A stretch of DNA of 64,000 nt from Nitrospirota bacterium (GTDB taxonomy: Bacteria; Nitrospirota; Thermodesulfovibrionia; Thermodesulfovibrionales; Dissulfurispiraceae), in assembly GCA_040758355.1 (NCBI GenBank), contig JBFLWF010000001.1:32001-96000 (forward strand), in the 5' to 3' direction. Position 1 is the stretch's first letter. Each line of letters opens with the position of its first letter. A program made the position numbers and the translations under genes. The notes under the pieces are model-generated. The model was not told where the DNA came from and made no database searches. It saw only the letters and a program-made list of their open reading frames with translations. Shown here one piece after another: positions 18,971 to 28,968 of the stretch.

Positions 18971-21694
18971 ATGACAAAATTCATGCAATGGATAGTAAAG
19001 AATCCTGCCATATCTGCCATCTTCCTTGTTGTTGTGCTTGTTGTTTTATCCATAAAAATCACAACCCTCGAGATTGATTCATCGGCAGAAGGACTTATGG
19101 CAGAGGGAGACCCTGAGAGGGAATATTATGAAAAGATCAAGGAAAAGTTCGGCAGCGATACCCTCACGGCAATTGTAATACAGAACAGCAGCGGCGATGT
19201 TTTTACAAAGGAAACCATCGCCTTAATAGATGCGCTCACCGAGAAGGCCAAAGAGATAGAAGGTGTTACAAAAGTCCAGAGCCTGACAACTGTCAATAAG
19301 ATTAAGGGAGAAGGAGATTTCCTTAATACGGATAAGCTGATTGAGCAGGTTCCTTCCAGCCCAGACGAATTGAGGCAGGTAAGGGAAGACGCCCTCAGGA
19401 ACGATGTCTTTATCAGCAACATCATATCGAAGGAAGGGAAGATTACAGGCATCAATATTTTTACAGAGAACCGCCTGAATGACAAAAAATTCAACGAGAA
19501 GTTTTCGAAGGAAATAGACAGGCTTATCGCCGAGAACAAGGGGAATCATAAGGTCTATCAGATAGGCAATCCAGTTGCAAAGGTGGCCTTCAGCTCATCT
19601 ATACAGAAGGATCAAAGGACGCTTATTCCATGGTCTGTTGCATTCCTTATCCTTCTTCTCCTCCTGTCGTTAAGGAGTTATTCGGCAGCATTTCTTCCGC
19701 TCCTGACAGGCGGGTTGAGCATATTTGCAACATTGGGGTTTATGACACTTATGGGCTACCAGATAAATGTAATTACCGCCATTGTTCCAGCCCTGTTGAT
19801 TGCTATAGGCTGCACCGAAGACATACATATGATAACCGAATATTTTGAAGGACTGGGGTCTGGGAAGAATAAAAAAGAGGCCATCATGTATATGGCGACC
19901 AAATGCGCACTCCCCATTACCCTCACCACTGCTACAACCGTTTTCGGCTTTTCGTCGCTGGCATTCAATAAGATTACGATACTCAAGCAGTTCGGTATTG
20001 TTGCTACATTCGGTCTTTCCATTAACTTTCTTATTACTATTATCGTAATACCGAGCTTCCTGCAGTTTATGAATGTCCCCGGAATATTCCAGAAGAAAAA
20101 ACGCAATCCCCTAAAAAGGCATATAGACAGCTTTATAGACTGGTTTATTAAACTGCCGACTCAGCATAAGACCTTGATTACCGTGGGGACTTTATTTTGC
20201 ATTGGTTTGGCTCTGGCCGGCTGTTTACGGCTGAAGGTAAATACGGACTTTATAAGTTATTTCAAGGAAGGCTCTTACATAAGGCAGCGTGTTGCCAGCA
20301 TCCATAAAGATCTGTCCGGCGCGCTGAATTTCAATATCATAGTGGAGGCCGGAGAGGAAGACAAGATTAAAGACCCGGCTGTACTCGGGCAGATTGCAGG
20401 GCTCCAGCAATATATGGACGGGTTGAAGGTGATGGATAAAAGTATTTCCATAGCGGACTATATAAAGGTGATGAACAGGGAAATGCACGGCGGTGAAAAG
20501 GAGATGCAGAAAATCCCCGACTCAAAGAACCTTGTTGCCCAATACCTCCTTTTAATGAGCGATGATGATATAAAAAGCTATGTTGACTCAAACTATTCTA
20601 CTGCTAATATAGCGGTCAGGCATAATATTACAAGTTCGGCAGAACTTACTGCCGTACTGGATAAGATTAAGGAATATGTCAATAAAAACTTCTCAAAGGA
20701 CATCGCGGTAAGGTTTACCGGTGAGGGGGTTTTGATTAACAACGCGGCAGATTATATGGCTTCAGGACAGGTAACCAGCCTCGGCTCCTCCCTCCTTACC
20801 ATATTTGCCGTTATGGCCATTTTATTCATGTCTTTTAAGGCAGGCATTATCTCTATGATCCCCAATATCATCCCGATAATCCTGAACTTCGGCATTATGG
20901 GCTGGTTTGGCGTTCCGCTGAACACAGGCACATGCATGATAGCTGCCATTGCATTGGGCATTGCAGTAGATGATACTACCCACTTCATGGCAAGGTATTA
21001 CAAGGAATTAAAGAACACCAATGATCAACAACTGGCTGTAGTTAACTCTCTTAAGGGCGAGGGGGAACCTGTTTTATTGAGCTCTGTTGCACTTGCAGTC
21101 GGGTTTGCTATTTTGGGCCTGTCCGAGTTTAATCCGACAATACATTTTGGACTGCTTTCTGCACTCGTAATGCTTATCGGGTTTGCATCCGAGATGCTTG
21201 TTACCCCTATCCTGTTGGGGGCAGTGCAGTTGATAACACTCTGGGACTTCTTGCTCTTAAAACTGAAGAGGGATATTACCAAAGAGAGTCCCCTATTTAT
21301 GAACCTCAGCCGTTCAGAGGCAAAAAAGGTTGTCCTCCTCGGCAGTATCCGCTCAGCTTCTCAGAATGAATACATTATTCGTCAGGGAGAAATAGGCGAG
21401 GAGATGTATATGATAATAACAGGGAAGGTTAAGGTAACTGTGGACAGCGAAGGCAAAAGCAAAGAACTTGGCATCCTGAAGGACGGGGATATTGTAGGTG
21501 AGATGGCGCTGGTGGGAGGCGGCACAAGGTCTGCCAATGTTATCGCATTGGAGGATACGGAGCTTTTAAAAATCGATGACAGGTCTCTTGACAGGGTCAG
21601 ACGCAGATTCCCGCGGATTGCAGCAAAGCTTTTCTTAAATATTTCGAGGATATTGAGCAGTCGCTTGAAAACTCAAAATTACGCCAATTTTTAA
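18971..21694 (+). CDS. MMPL/RND family transporter fused to a C-terminal cNMP-binding domain
   Basis: Two TM/periplasmic repeats with GIAVDDTTH; C-terminal IIRQGEIGEEMYMIITG.V and GDIVGEMALVGGGTRSANV. Confidence 0.85.
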   Translation: MTKFMQWIVKNPAISAIFLVVVLVVLSIKITTLEIDSSAEGLMAEGDPEREYYEKIKEKFGSDTLTAIVIQNSSGDVFTKETIALIDALTEKAKEIEGVTKVQSLTTVNKIKGEGDFLNTDKLIEQVPSSPDELRQVREDALRNDVFISNIISKEGKITGINIFTENRLNDKKFNEKFSKEIDRLIAENKGNHKVYQIGNPVAKVAFSSSIQKDQRTLIPWSVAFLILLLLLSLRSYSAAFLPLLTGGLSIFATLGFMTLMGYQINVITAIVPALLIAIGCTEDIHMITEYFEGLGSGKNKKEAIMYMATKCALPITLTTATTVFGFSSLAFNKITILKQFGIVATFGLSINFLITIIVIPSFLQFMNVPGIFQKKKRNPLKRHIDSFIDWFIKLPTQHKTLITVGTLFCIGLALAGCLRLKVNTDFISYFKEGSYIRQRVASIHKDLSGALNFNIIVEAGEEDKIKDPAVLGQIAGLQQYMDGLKVMDKSISIADYIKVMNREMHGGEKEMQKIPDSKNLVAQYLLLMSDDDIKSYVDSNYSTANIAVRHNITSSAELTAVLDKIKEYVNKNFSKDIAVRFTGEGVLINNAADYMASGQVTSLGSSLLTIFAVMAILFMSFKAGIISMIPNIIPIILNFGIMGWFGVPLNTGTCMIAAIALGIAVDDTTHFMARYYKELKNTNDQQLAVVNSLKGEGEPVLLSSVALAVGFAILGLSEFNPTIHFGLLSALVMLIGFASEMLVTPILLGAVQLITLWDFLLLKLKRDITKESPLFMNLSRSEAKKVVLLGSIRSASQNEYIIRQGEIGEEMYMIITGKVKVTVDSEGKSKELGILKDGDIVGEMALVGGGTRSANVIALEDTELLKIDDRSLDRVRRRFPRIAAKLFLNISRILSSRLKTQNYANF

Positions 21695-21764
21695 TTTTTG
21701 TTGTATTTTAGAATAAATTGTGATAAAGCTTTAATAAGCTATACTGCCGTCGTGGGGGGATATT

Positions 21765-23315
21765 ATGAAGAAATGGATATTTCTTTTGTCGGTCTTTTTT
21801 TTGATAAGCCCTTGCGTTTTGTTTGCTGGGGAGGATTTTTTCGAAAAGGGCATCGCAGAATTCAAGGCAGAAAACTATGAGGAAGCACTCGCCTTTTTTG
21901 AAAGGGCATATAAGGAAAATCCAAATGACCCCCGTATAACATCTTATCTTGGACTCATCCACCGTGAAATGCAGAATTTCTCTGAGGCAGTCAGATTTTT
22001 CAAAGAGACCCTCAAGCTTGATCCAAAGGCAGCAGAGGTAAAGTTCCTCCTGTCAGAAATGTTTTTGGGCATGGGGAATTATGAAGAGGCATTAAGCGTT
22101 ATTGACACTGCCATAAAAGAGGGGATAAGACCGGCGCAATCACAGTACTTAAAGGGGCTTATACTTCTTAAACTGAAAAAGAATACAGAGGCGGTTGAGG
22201 CATTCAAAAAGGCAAAAGAGCTCGACCCTTCATTGGCCCAGCAGGCAGACTTTCAGATCGCTACAGTCTATGTTCAGGAAAGGGAGTTTAAGAAGGCCAA
22301 GGAGGCATTTAAAGGATTAATGACAGTAGACCCGACATCAGATTGGGCATTGTTTTCAAAGGACTATCTCGATGCAATAGAAAAGATACCTCCTCCCTAC
22401 AGACTCATCTTAGGTATTGGCCTTCAGTATGACGACAATGCCCTGGCCAATCCCATAGATGAATCCCTTGTTGATATAACAAAACAGGAAGACTGGAAAA
22501 GGATATATTCGCTGCTCGGTGAATATACTGTTTATGAAAAAGGGCCGTGGAACGTAAAGACATCTTATTCCCTTAATATTACCCAGCATGATAAAAGCGA
22601 TTACAATAAGAAAAATGGAACAGAAAAGGTCTTCAGTCAGGACACAGTGAGCCATACATTCTCTATAATGCCCTCATATAATACAGAAACGGGTGTGACA
22701 AGCCTCCTGCTTTCTTATAATTATCTTGAAGTCGACTACATCAAATACAAACAGTCATTTACTGTCAGTCCGTCATACACATTTATTATCAAGGGCAACA
22801 ATCTGGGGCAGGTCTTTTTTAAATACAGGAAGGACGAGTTTGATTTCGAATACAATAAAAGGAAATTTGGAGCGTATCTCAGCAAAGCAGAGGACAGGGA
22901 TGCAAGTTATTTTTCATTGGGTGTCGGCTATATCTATACCTTTAAAAAAGGCAATGGCCTGTTTAATATAAGGCTGGAGGGAGACATCAATGACGCTGAC
23001 GGCCCAAACTGGGATTATGCCGGCGTGAAGGTGTCGGGCGGTCTTTTATACCCCTTTATAGACAATAAGTTCAGGGCAAATATCTTTGCAGAGGCATACA
23101 GACAAAACTACTCAAATGAACATTCTATTTACAAGAAAATCCCGAGGAATACGAGAAAAGACGATAACTACACTGTTCAGACATCCTTAACCTATAACAT
23201 CATGAAGCCTCTGGATATAAGCGTGGGTTATACATATATGAAGACCCTTTCCAATATAGCTGTCTACGAATTCAAGAAAAACCTTTATACATTAAGCCTT
23301 GAGTACAGGTTTTAA
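21765..23315 (+). CDS. TPR repeats + outer-membrane beta-barrel (Slam/DUF560-like architecture)
   Basis: Signal peptide, ~5 TPRs, GLQYDDN barrel start, aromatic strands, C-terminal LEYRF. Confidence 0.7.
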   Translation: MKKWIFLLSVFFLISPCVLFAGEDFFEKGIAEFKAENYEEALAFFERAYKENPNDPRITSYLGLIHREMQNFSEAVRFFKETLKLDPKAAEVKFLLSEMFLGMGNYEEALSVIDTAIKEGIRPAQSQYLKGLILLKLKKNTEAVEAFKKAKELDPSLAQQADFQIATVYVQEREFKKAKEAFKGLMTVDPTSDWALFSKDYLDAIEKIPPPYRLILGIGLQYDDNALANPIDESLVDITKQEDWKRIYSLLGEYTVYEKGPWNVKTSYSLNITQHDKSDYNKKNGTEKVFSQDTVSHTFSIMPSYNTETGVTSLLLSYNYLEVDYIKYKQSFTVSPSYTFIIKGNNLGQVFFKYRKDEFDFEYNKRKFGAYLSKAEDRDASYFSLGVGYIYTFKKGNGLFNIRLEGDINDADGPNWDYAGVKVSGGLLYPFIDNKFRANIFAEAYRQNYSNEHSIYKKIPRNTRKDDNYTVQTSLTYNIMKPLDISVGYTYMKTLSNIAVYEFKKNLYTLSLEYRF

Positions 23316-23327
23316 AGGAGGCAAGCC

Positions 23328-25169
23328 ATGAAAAATACAGGTCTTAGGTCATGGGGAATGGGTTATAGGTCAGGCTATTTCGTTACTCGTTATTCGTTAC
23401 TCATTGCCTTCTTAATACTGGTCACTGGCTACTGGCTACCGGCCACTCCTGCTGAGGCGCAGGTGGCTGGCCAAATAGCTGGCAAGATAACAAAGGTGGA
23501 AGGCAGGGTGGATATACTGAGGGCAGGTGCCGCTGCTGCTGTACCAGTAAAAATGGGCGATGCTGTAAATGTTGGAGACATTCTGAGGACAAAGAGCGAT
23601 GGCAAGGCAGAGATAACATTCATTGACAACACTGCAATGACGGTTGGTCCGAGGTCAAGGCTCGGAATAGACGAGTATCTTTATAAGCCCGATGAACAAC
23701 AGAGGTCTGCATCATTAAAAATTTACAGGGGAAGGACGGGATTTCAAATTCCAAAGCCTGTTTATTCTGCCGAAGGAAGCAAATTTGAGATGAAGACAAA
23801 GACAGCAGTGGCAGGCGTCAGAGGTACAGAAGGGATAATCCATACAGATGGCGTAGAGAGAGTGTATGTAAAGGACGGCGTAATAGAGTTTAAGAATCCA
23901 CTCGGCAGTGTAATAGTTTCTAAAGGCGAGGTTGGAGAGGTATTTGTCGGCAGAGCGCCTGTGGAAAGGCCTTACAGCGAGAGGGAATACCAGCAGCAGG
24001 AAAAACAGGTAACGCCGGCGCCGCCAGGAAGGGCAGAAGCCCCAGAGGCGCCTCCGCCACCGCCAGCAGCGCCACCAAAGCCGCCTGAGATAGTATTACC
24101 ACCAACGCCTCCTCAGGATCTCCCTAAAATTAAGGATATCGCATTAAACAAGGTATTCGATGCCTCAGCAAGCATACTTGATGGAGAGATACACTGGTTT
24201 AAGCCAATAGGTAGCCCTAATGAAGGCACAGCAGCCGTTATCCAGAGCGGCTCAGTATCAGGAAACTTTAACCAGACAATCCTTGAAGGTGGATATTATA
24301 AATTGGATATGAGCGGCTCTTATGCGTGGGTAGCCGGAAGGTCTGTTGACCCTCTTTCTAATGCTACCGATGACTGGTTCCATTTCTTCTACTCAGGCAG
24401 CGCGGATGGGAAACCATTTTACGGCGCAAGTGTTGGAGATATCCTTCGCGACCCTAATAACTCCAGTCTTGTGCATCCAAATAAACTCTGGTCTGGCGGA
24501 AATATAGGGTGGATAGAGGACGGCTCAAAAAAGTACTGGTACATTGGAGGGCTTTCAGGCAGTTACACAAACATATTCTATAATAATAACTATGGAGACC
24601 GGACAGGTCAGAGCGGCACATTTACTGCAACATCTGACGGACTCTTCTGGGACGGCTCAAAGCCTTTATGGGAGCAGTTTGACAAGATAATACCGACCCT
24701 TCCTTCAAAGCCGGATTTCTTTGTGCCAATTACAGAAACCGCACTCAGGACATATGATATAAGCGGCTCAGGGACATTAAATATTTCCGGCTCAGGGACA
24801 TCGGGTACGATTAATACAACCATATCAGGTAAGGGCATAGAGCTAACGCCGGGAAGCGGCCTTTTTGATGTAAATGCCACAGGAAGCTGGAGCCTCGTGT
24901 CGGGCAGCTTCAGCAATTTAAGAGACATTGACGGCACTATAAGTGCTACAACATCTATTACCGGTGCAACCACTTACTCTATGCAGATCGAAGGTGGAAT
25001 AAAGACCTTAGACAGCAACACTGCCATAGTTGGTGCAGATGTTAGGAAATATGGCGACACGAATCCAGCAGGTGTAATGGTAGGAAAGATGACAGCTACT
25101 TCTTCCACATCAGGGACACTGGATGCCAAGGCAATTGGAGAGGTGAAATCAGGATTCCTGCTGCCATAA
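23328..25169 (+). CDS. Exported FecR-domain protein with a Pro-rich linker and a Gly/Ser/Thr-rich beta C-terminus
   Basis: GDILRT...AEITFID...KTKTAVAGVRGT; PAPPGRAEAPEAPPPPPAAPPKPP linker. Confidence 0.8.
   Translation: MKNTGLRSWGMGYRSGYFVTRYSLLIAFLILVTGYWLPATPAEAQVAGQIAGKITKVEGRVDILRAGAAAAVPVKMGDAVNVGDILRTKSDGKAEITFIDNTAMTVGPRSRLGIDEYLYKPDEQQRSASLKIYRGRTGFQIPKPVYSAEGSKFEMKTKTAVAGVRGTEGIIHTDGVERVYVKDGVIEFKNPLGSVIVSKGEVGEVFVGRAPVERPYSEREYQQQEKQVTPAPPGRAEAPEAPPPPPAAPPKPPEIVLPPTPPQDLPKIKDIALNKVFDASASILDGEIHWFKPIGSPNEGTAAVIQSGSVSGNFNQTILEGGYYKLDMSGSYAWVAGRSVDPLSNATDDWFHFFYSGSADGKPFYGASVGDILRDPNNSSLVHPNKLWSGGNIGWIEDGSKKYWYIGGLSGSYTNIFYNNNYGDRTGQSGTFTATSDGLFWDGSKPLWEQFDKIIPTLPSKPDFFVPITETALRTYDISGSGTLNISGSGTSGTINTTISGKGIELTPGSGLFDVNATGSWSLVSGSFSNLRDIDGTISATTSITGATTYSMQIEGGIKTLDSNTAIVGADVRKYGDTNPAGVMVGKMTATSSTSGTLDAKAIGEVKSGFLLP
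23339..23447. repeat. Three 7-nt period arrays in the signal-peptide region of the FecR gene
   Basis: aggtctt aggtcat ggggaat gggttat aggtcag; cgttact cgttatt cgttact; ctggtca ctggcta ctggcta ccggcca. Confidence 0.75.
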
Positions 25170-25186
25170 ATCCGAAAGTCAGGGAA

Positions 25187-25236
25187 CTGGGACAGTCCCG
25201 AATCTACGGCTTTGCCCGTAATTCTGGGACAGTCCC
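25187..25236. repeat. REP-like symmetric element
   Basis: CTGGGACAGTCCC twice (25187-99, 25224-36), each with a GGGAC-A-GTCCC palindrome, around a tacgg/ccgta hairpin. Confidence 0.65.
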
Positions 25237-26979
25237 CTCGAGATATGCCTTATCCAGATTTTTCCGGTAGTTCTCATTATCAGGATTTATGTCTATTGCT
25301 TTCTTAAAGTGGATGATAGCATCATCAATCTTTCCCTGCTTCATGTAGGTCAGTCCAAGATTATTATATGCCCTGTCATAATCTGAATTTAGTCTCAGGG
25401 CGTTATGAAATTCATTGACTGCCTCATCAAATTGCTTTTGATTTAGATGCATGATGCCGAGATTGTTATGGATAATATAGTGAGGCTTAATCTGCAGTGC
25501 CTTTTGAAGCTCATGTATTGCATCATTTAGCCGTCCCTGTGTTGCATATACCAATCCGAGATTATTGAGCGTCTCCACATGATGGGGATTTAGCTTTAAT
25601 GCATTCTGAAATTCCATTACTGCATAGTCAAATCTTTTTTGTTCGGCATAGATTAATCCAAGGTTGTAGTAACCATCGGGATAATCAGGTGCATCCTTTA
25701 TCATCCTTATTGTAAAGGTATAATGGTCTTTCCATGCATAGCTGTATGAAAAGCTCAAGATTGAAAGTGCAGTGATAATACACAGTCCGGCAGTATTTAT
25801 TATCAAATTTTTATCTTTTAACTGATCTCTGATTTTAACAAAACCTATGGCAACAGCCATCGAAAAACCAACGGATGGGACACAGAGATACCTGTCAGCC
25901 ATTAAAAATGGCTTTATGAAAATAAAAATCCCTGAAACAGGGATTATTGTTATGAAAATCCATGAAAGGCTGAAAAATAATTTTCTATCGTATCGTTTGG
26001 AAAATATAACGAGGGCGATAATGATGCAAAGAAAAACGAGAGAGAGCATAACACCCTGCCCGAATAAAGCCTTTCTTATAGGTATTTCATAAGCGACCTT
26101 GAGACTTACAGGAAGGATGAGCACCTTTAAATATTTTAAAAGTAGAATCGGCGCAGTGTAGATGTGCCATACAAATGGGTCTTTTCCAACTCCCTTGAAT
26201 GCCTGTTCAAGGAACGCAAATCTCAAGATAAAATAGGGAATAGTGACTGCGCAATAAATCAGAGGCCAGAGGAGTTTTTTCTTTAATCGACCTTTTTCAA
26301 AACATATGCCATAAAGGAGGATAATCAGAGGCAGTGTTATTGCTATCTCGTGAATAAGAAGGGAAAGAAAAAATAAAATGAGGGAAGCAGCAATATATTT
26401 TGCCTTGCGCTTCTCGCAGTAGAGGGTATAAAAATATACGGAAAAAACCATAAAGATGGCCAGTAGCATATTATTTCTGCCTGTAATCCATGCTACGGCC
26501 TCAACATGGGATGGATGTACAGAAAAGACGAGCCCAGCAACAAATGCAGCGGTATTGTTGCTCACTATCCTTAAGGCAAGGAGATATACTGCGATGGATG
26601 CTATTGCATGAAGCAGGATGTTGGTTATGTGGTATCCGAGGGGGTTTTCTTTCCAGAAGATATGGTCTATTGCAAAAGAGAGGGCATAAATGGGTCTGTA
26701 ATAATCTCCTCTGAAAAAACCATCGACTCCCTTCCACAAATGGGCAGTGAACAGGTAAGGGATCTTTTCGACATCTGTTATGAACTTATTTCCTTTAATG
26801 AAAGGGATATCATCCCATACAAAGTCCATAAACAGTGTGTTTGAGTAAACTAATATGCTTGCTAAGGCAATGATGACAATGTGCTTATAGTTAAAGCGTG
26901 AAACATCTTTATCGATATTTTGTAAGGCAGGTGTGCTATTGTTTTTTGTGCCTTTCCCTGGCTTTTTATTCTTACCCAT
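25204..26979 (-). CDS. TMTC-like membrane protein (putative GT-C glycosyltransferase) with C-terminal TPRs
   Basis: FVWDD, YYRP, GYHITNILLH, HPSHVEAVAWITGR, ADRYL, four to five TPRs. Confidence 0.8.
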   Translation of the reverse strand: MGKNKKPGKGTKNNSTPALQNIDKDVSRFNYKHIVIIALASILVYSNTLFMDFVWDDIPFIKGNKFITDVEKIPYLFTAHLWKGVDGFFRGDYYRPIYALSFAIDHIFWKENPLGYHITNILLHAIASIAVYLLALRIVSNNTAAFVAGLVFSVHPSHVEAVAWITGRNNMLLAIFMVFSVYFYTLYCEKRKAKYIAASLILFFLSLLIHEIAITLPLIILLYGICFEKGRLKKKLLWPLIYCAVTIPYFILRFAFLEQAFKGVGKDPFVWHIYTAPILLLKYLKVLILPVSLKVAYEIPIRKALFGQGVMLSLVFLCIIIALVIFSKRYDRKLFFSLSWIFITIIPVSGIFIFIKPFLMADRYLCVPSVGFSMAVAIGFVKIRDQLKDKNLIINTAGLCIITALSILSFSYSYAWKDHYTFTIRMIKDAPDYPDGYYNLGLIYAEQKRFDYAVMEFQNALKLNPHHVETLNNLGLVYATQGRLNDAIHELQKALQIKPHYIIHNNLGIMHLNQKQFDEAVNEFHNALRLNSDYDRAYNNLGLTYMKQGKIDDAIIHFKKAIDINPDNENYRKNLDKAYLEGTVPELRAKP

Positions 26980-26992
26980 TCGTCTAAACTGT

Positions 26993-28963
26993 CTATTTTT
27001 CCTTCATTGTAACGACCTTTTCTTCTTCCACCTCTTTAACTCTCGATTCAGCCCCCTGCTCAAGACCCTTAACCTCATAGATCGCAACAGGCTGTTCTTT
27101 CCCTTTAACAACCACCTTTTCGAGCCCTGTTACTTCGGTACGCCATAGTTTTCCTGTTGTGATTAACTCCTTTATCTTATTCATAGTAAATTCCGTCATC
27201 AGGATATGCACATTATACTTCCTTGTAAGCCCTTCTACCCTTGAGCCTAAATTCACATGGTCTCCAATGACGGTATAGTCCATCTTCTTGCCTTCTGCGC
27301 CGATATTGCCTACAAGCACCTCGCCTGTGTTTATTCCAATCCCGCAATCAAGAACAGGCTTGCCTTCGGCCTGCCATTTCTGCTGAAGTTCTTCGAGTCT
27401 TTTAACCATATTCAATGCACATTTGATGGCAAGCTCAGCATGGTTTTCCTGTTTCATTGGAGCGCCCCAGAATGCGAGAATTGCATCGCCGATGAATTTA
27501 TCCAGAGTTCCTTCCCATTTGAAGACTATATCTGTCATTTCGCCGAGATATTCATTCAGTATGGAAACAACCTCTTCAGGTGAATGCTTTTCGGATAAGG
27601 ATGTAAATCCCCTTACATCGGAGAAGAGAACTGTTATCTCTCTTCTTTCGCCGCCCAGTTTAGCCATACTTGGATTTTTGATCAGTTCATTGACTATTTT
27701 TTCTGTTACATAGCTCGAGAACATTGCCCTGATTTTTCTTGCACGCTTTTCCTCTACGGCATAGTTGTAAGCTGTAACGCTTATGAATATAAACAGTATG
27801 TTAATCGAAGGATATGCGATATTTATCCAGAGACCGTTTTTAGCAAACAGATAGTAGCCAGACAAAAGCACGAGCAGGAGAAAAATGCCTGCGATGGCTG
27901 AAGCGCCTGCTGCCTTAAACCTCGGTATCAGGATGGAAAGCAGGCATCCGGATAACAAAAGGACAATCAGGTTTGTCGATAGAGAAACACATCTGATAAT
28001 CCTGTTCTCCAGAATAGACGATATGACGTTTGCATGTTTTTCGACTCCGGGCATTGCAGGAGAAAAAGGAGTAACCCTTAAATCGTAAATACCCACAGCA
28101 GTTGCACCAATAAGCACTATTTTGCCCTGCAGGTCATCGGGCCTTACACTTCCCTCAAGGACATCTGAGATGGAGATGTGCCTGAATGTCTGGTTAGTGC
28201 CGTAATAATGGATGAGCGACCTCCCCCATCTGTCAGTTGGAATAAATCTCTTGCCAAGTTGTATGCCCTCCGTTGCCTTTATAACAACCTTTTCATGAGG
28301 AATACCTAAATAAAAGGCTGCTGCCTGAAGCGTGATCGATGGATAGAGATAGTCTTTATATCCGATTATCAGAGACTCCCACCTTAGTGTGCCGTCGCTG
28401 TCCGGGAACATATTGATATGTCCAAGCCCCATCACATTCTGTATGATCTCAGGCACAGGGATAAGAACCCTTTTCGACATGATTGGATTGTATTTATAAA
28501 ACATCTCATGGTTTGCAATGGATGTAAATGCAGAGCTTAAAAGGAAGTCGCTTTCAGGCAGGTCTGAATCCTTTTCAAAGTCAAAGACAACAGGCAGTAT
28601 CACATTGCCTGCATCATTAATAGCCCTGCCAAGCAATGGGTCATTCTTCTCTTTTTCACTAAGTATTATGTCAAAGACAATTATCTCCGCACCTGCGTCA
28701 TTTAACTTATTAACGAGTTCTGCAATCTTGTCCCTGTCCCACGGCCACCTGCCGAGCTTTTCTATGCTCTTCTCATCTATTGCTGCAATTAATACAGTGT
28801 CGGGAGGTTTAATTGTCCCCCTGACTTTAAATCTGTAATCGAGGAGCTTTTCTTCGAGTGTTTCGAGAGGGGATAGTTTGAGAAGCATTAATACTATCGT
28901 AAATGTCGTAATGGAAAGTCCGATGAGAATTCCTAACTTGCCCTTTCTTACTATTTCCAGCAA
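26993..28963 (-). CDS. CHASE2-domain class III adenylate cyclase
   Basis: AIDEKSIEKLGRWPWDR, PDSDG, MPGVEKHAN, 3 TM; FSDVRGFT, LDKFIGD (Lys) and DYTVIGDHVNLGSR (Asp) are ATP-specifying residues. Confidence 0.92.
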   Translation of the reverse strand: MLEIVRKGKLGILIGLSITTFTIVLMLLKLSPLETLEEKLLDYRFKVRGTIKPPDTVLIAAIDEKSIEKLGRWPWDRDKIAELVNKLNDAGAEIIVFDIILSEKEKNDPLLGRAINDAGNVILPVVFDFEKDSDLPESDFLLSSAFTSIANHEMFYKYNPIMSKRVLIPVPEIIQNVMGLGHINMFPDSDGTLRWESLIIGYKDYLYPSITLQAAAFYLGIPHEKVVIKATEGIQLGKRFIPTDRWGRSLIHYYGTNQTFRHISISDVLEGSVRPDDLQGKIVLIGATAVGIYDLRVTPFSPAMPGVEKHANVISSILENRIIRCVSLSTNLIVLLLSGCLLSILIPRFKAAGASAIAGIFLLLVLLSGYYLFAKNGLWINIAYPSINILFIFISVTAYNYAVEEKRARKIRAMFSSYVTEKIVNELIKNPSMAKLGGERREITVLFSDVRGFTSLSEKHSPEEVVSILNEYLGEMTDIVFKWEGTLDKFIGDAILAFWGAPMKQENHAELAIKCALNMVKRLEELQQKWQAEGKPVLDCGIGINTGEVLVGNIGAEGKKMDYTVIGDHVNLGSRVEGLTRKYNVHILMTEFTMNKIKELITTGKLWRTEVTGLEKVVVKGKEQPVAIYEVKGLEQGAESRVKEVEEEKVVTMKEK

Positions 28964-28968
28964 CGGTT

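Noticed and set aside
21718..21737. CRP box upstream of the TPR-barrel gene (TGTGA...)
   Set aside because: Only one half-site matches (TGTGA-taaagc-TTTAA).
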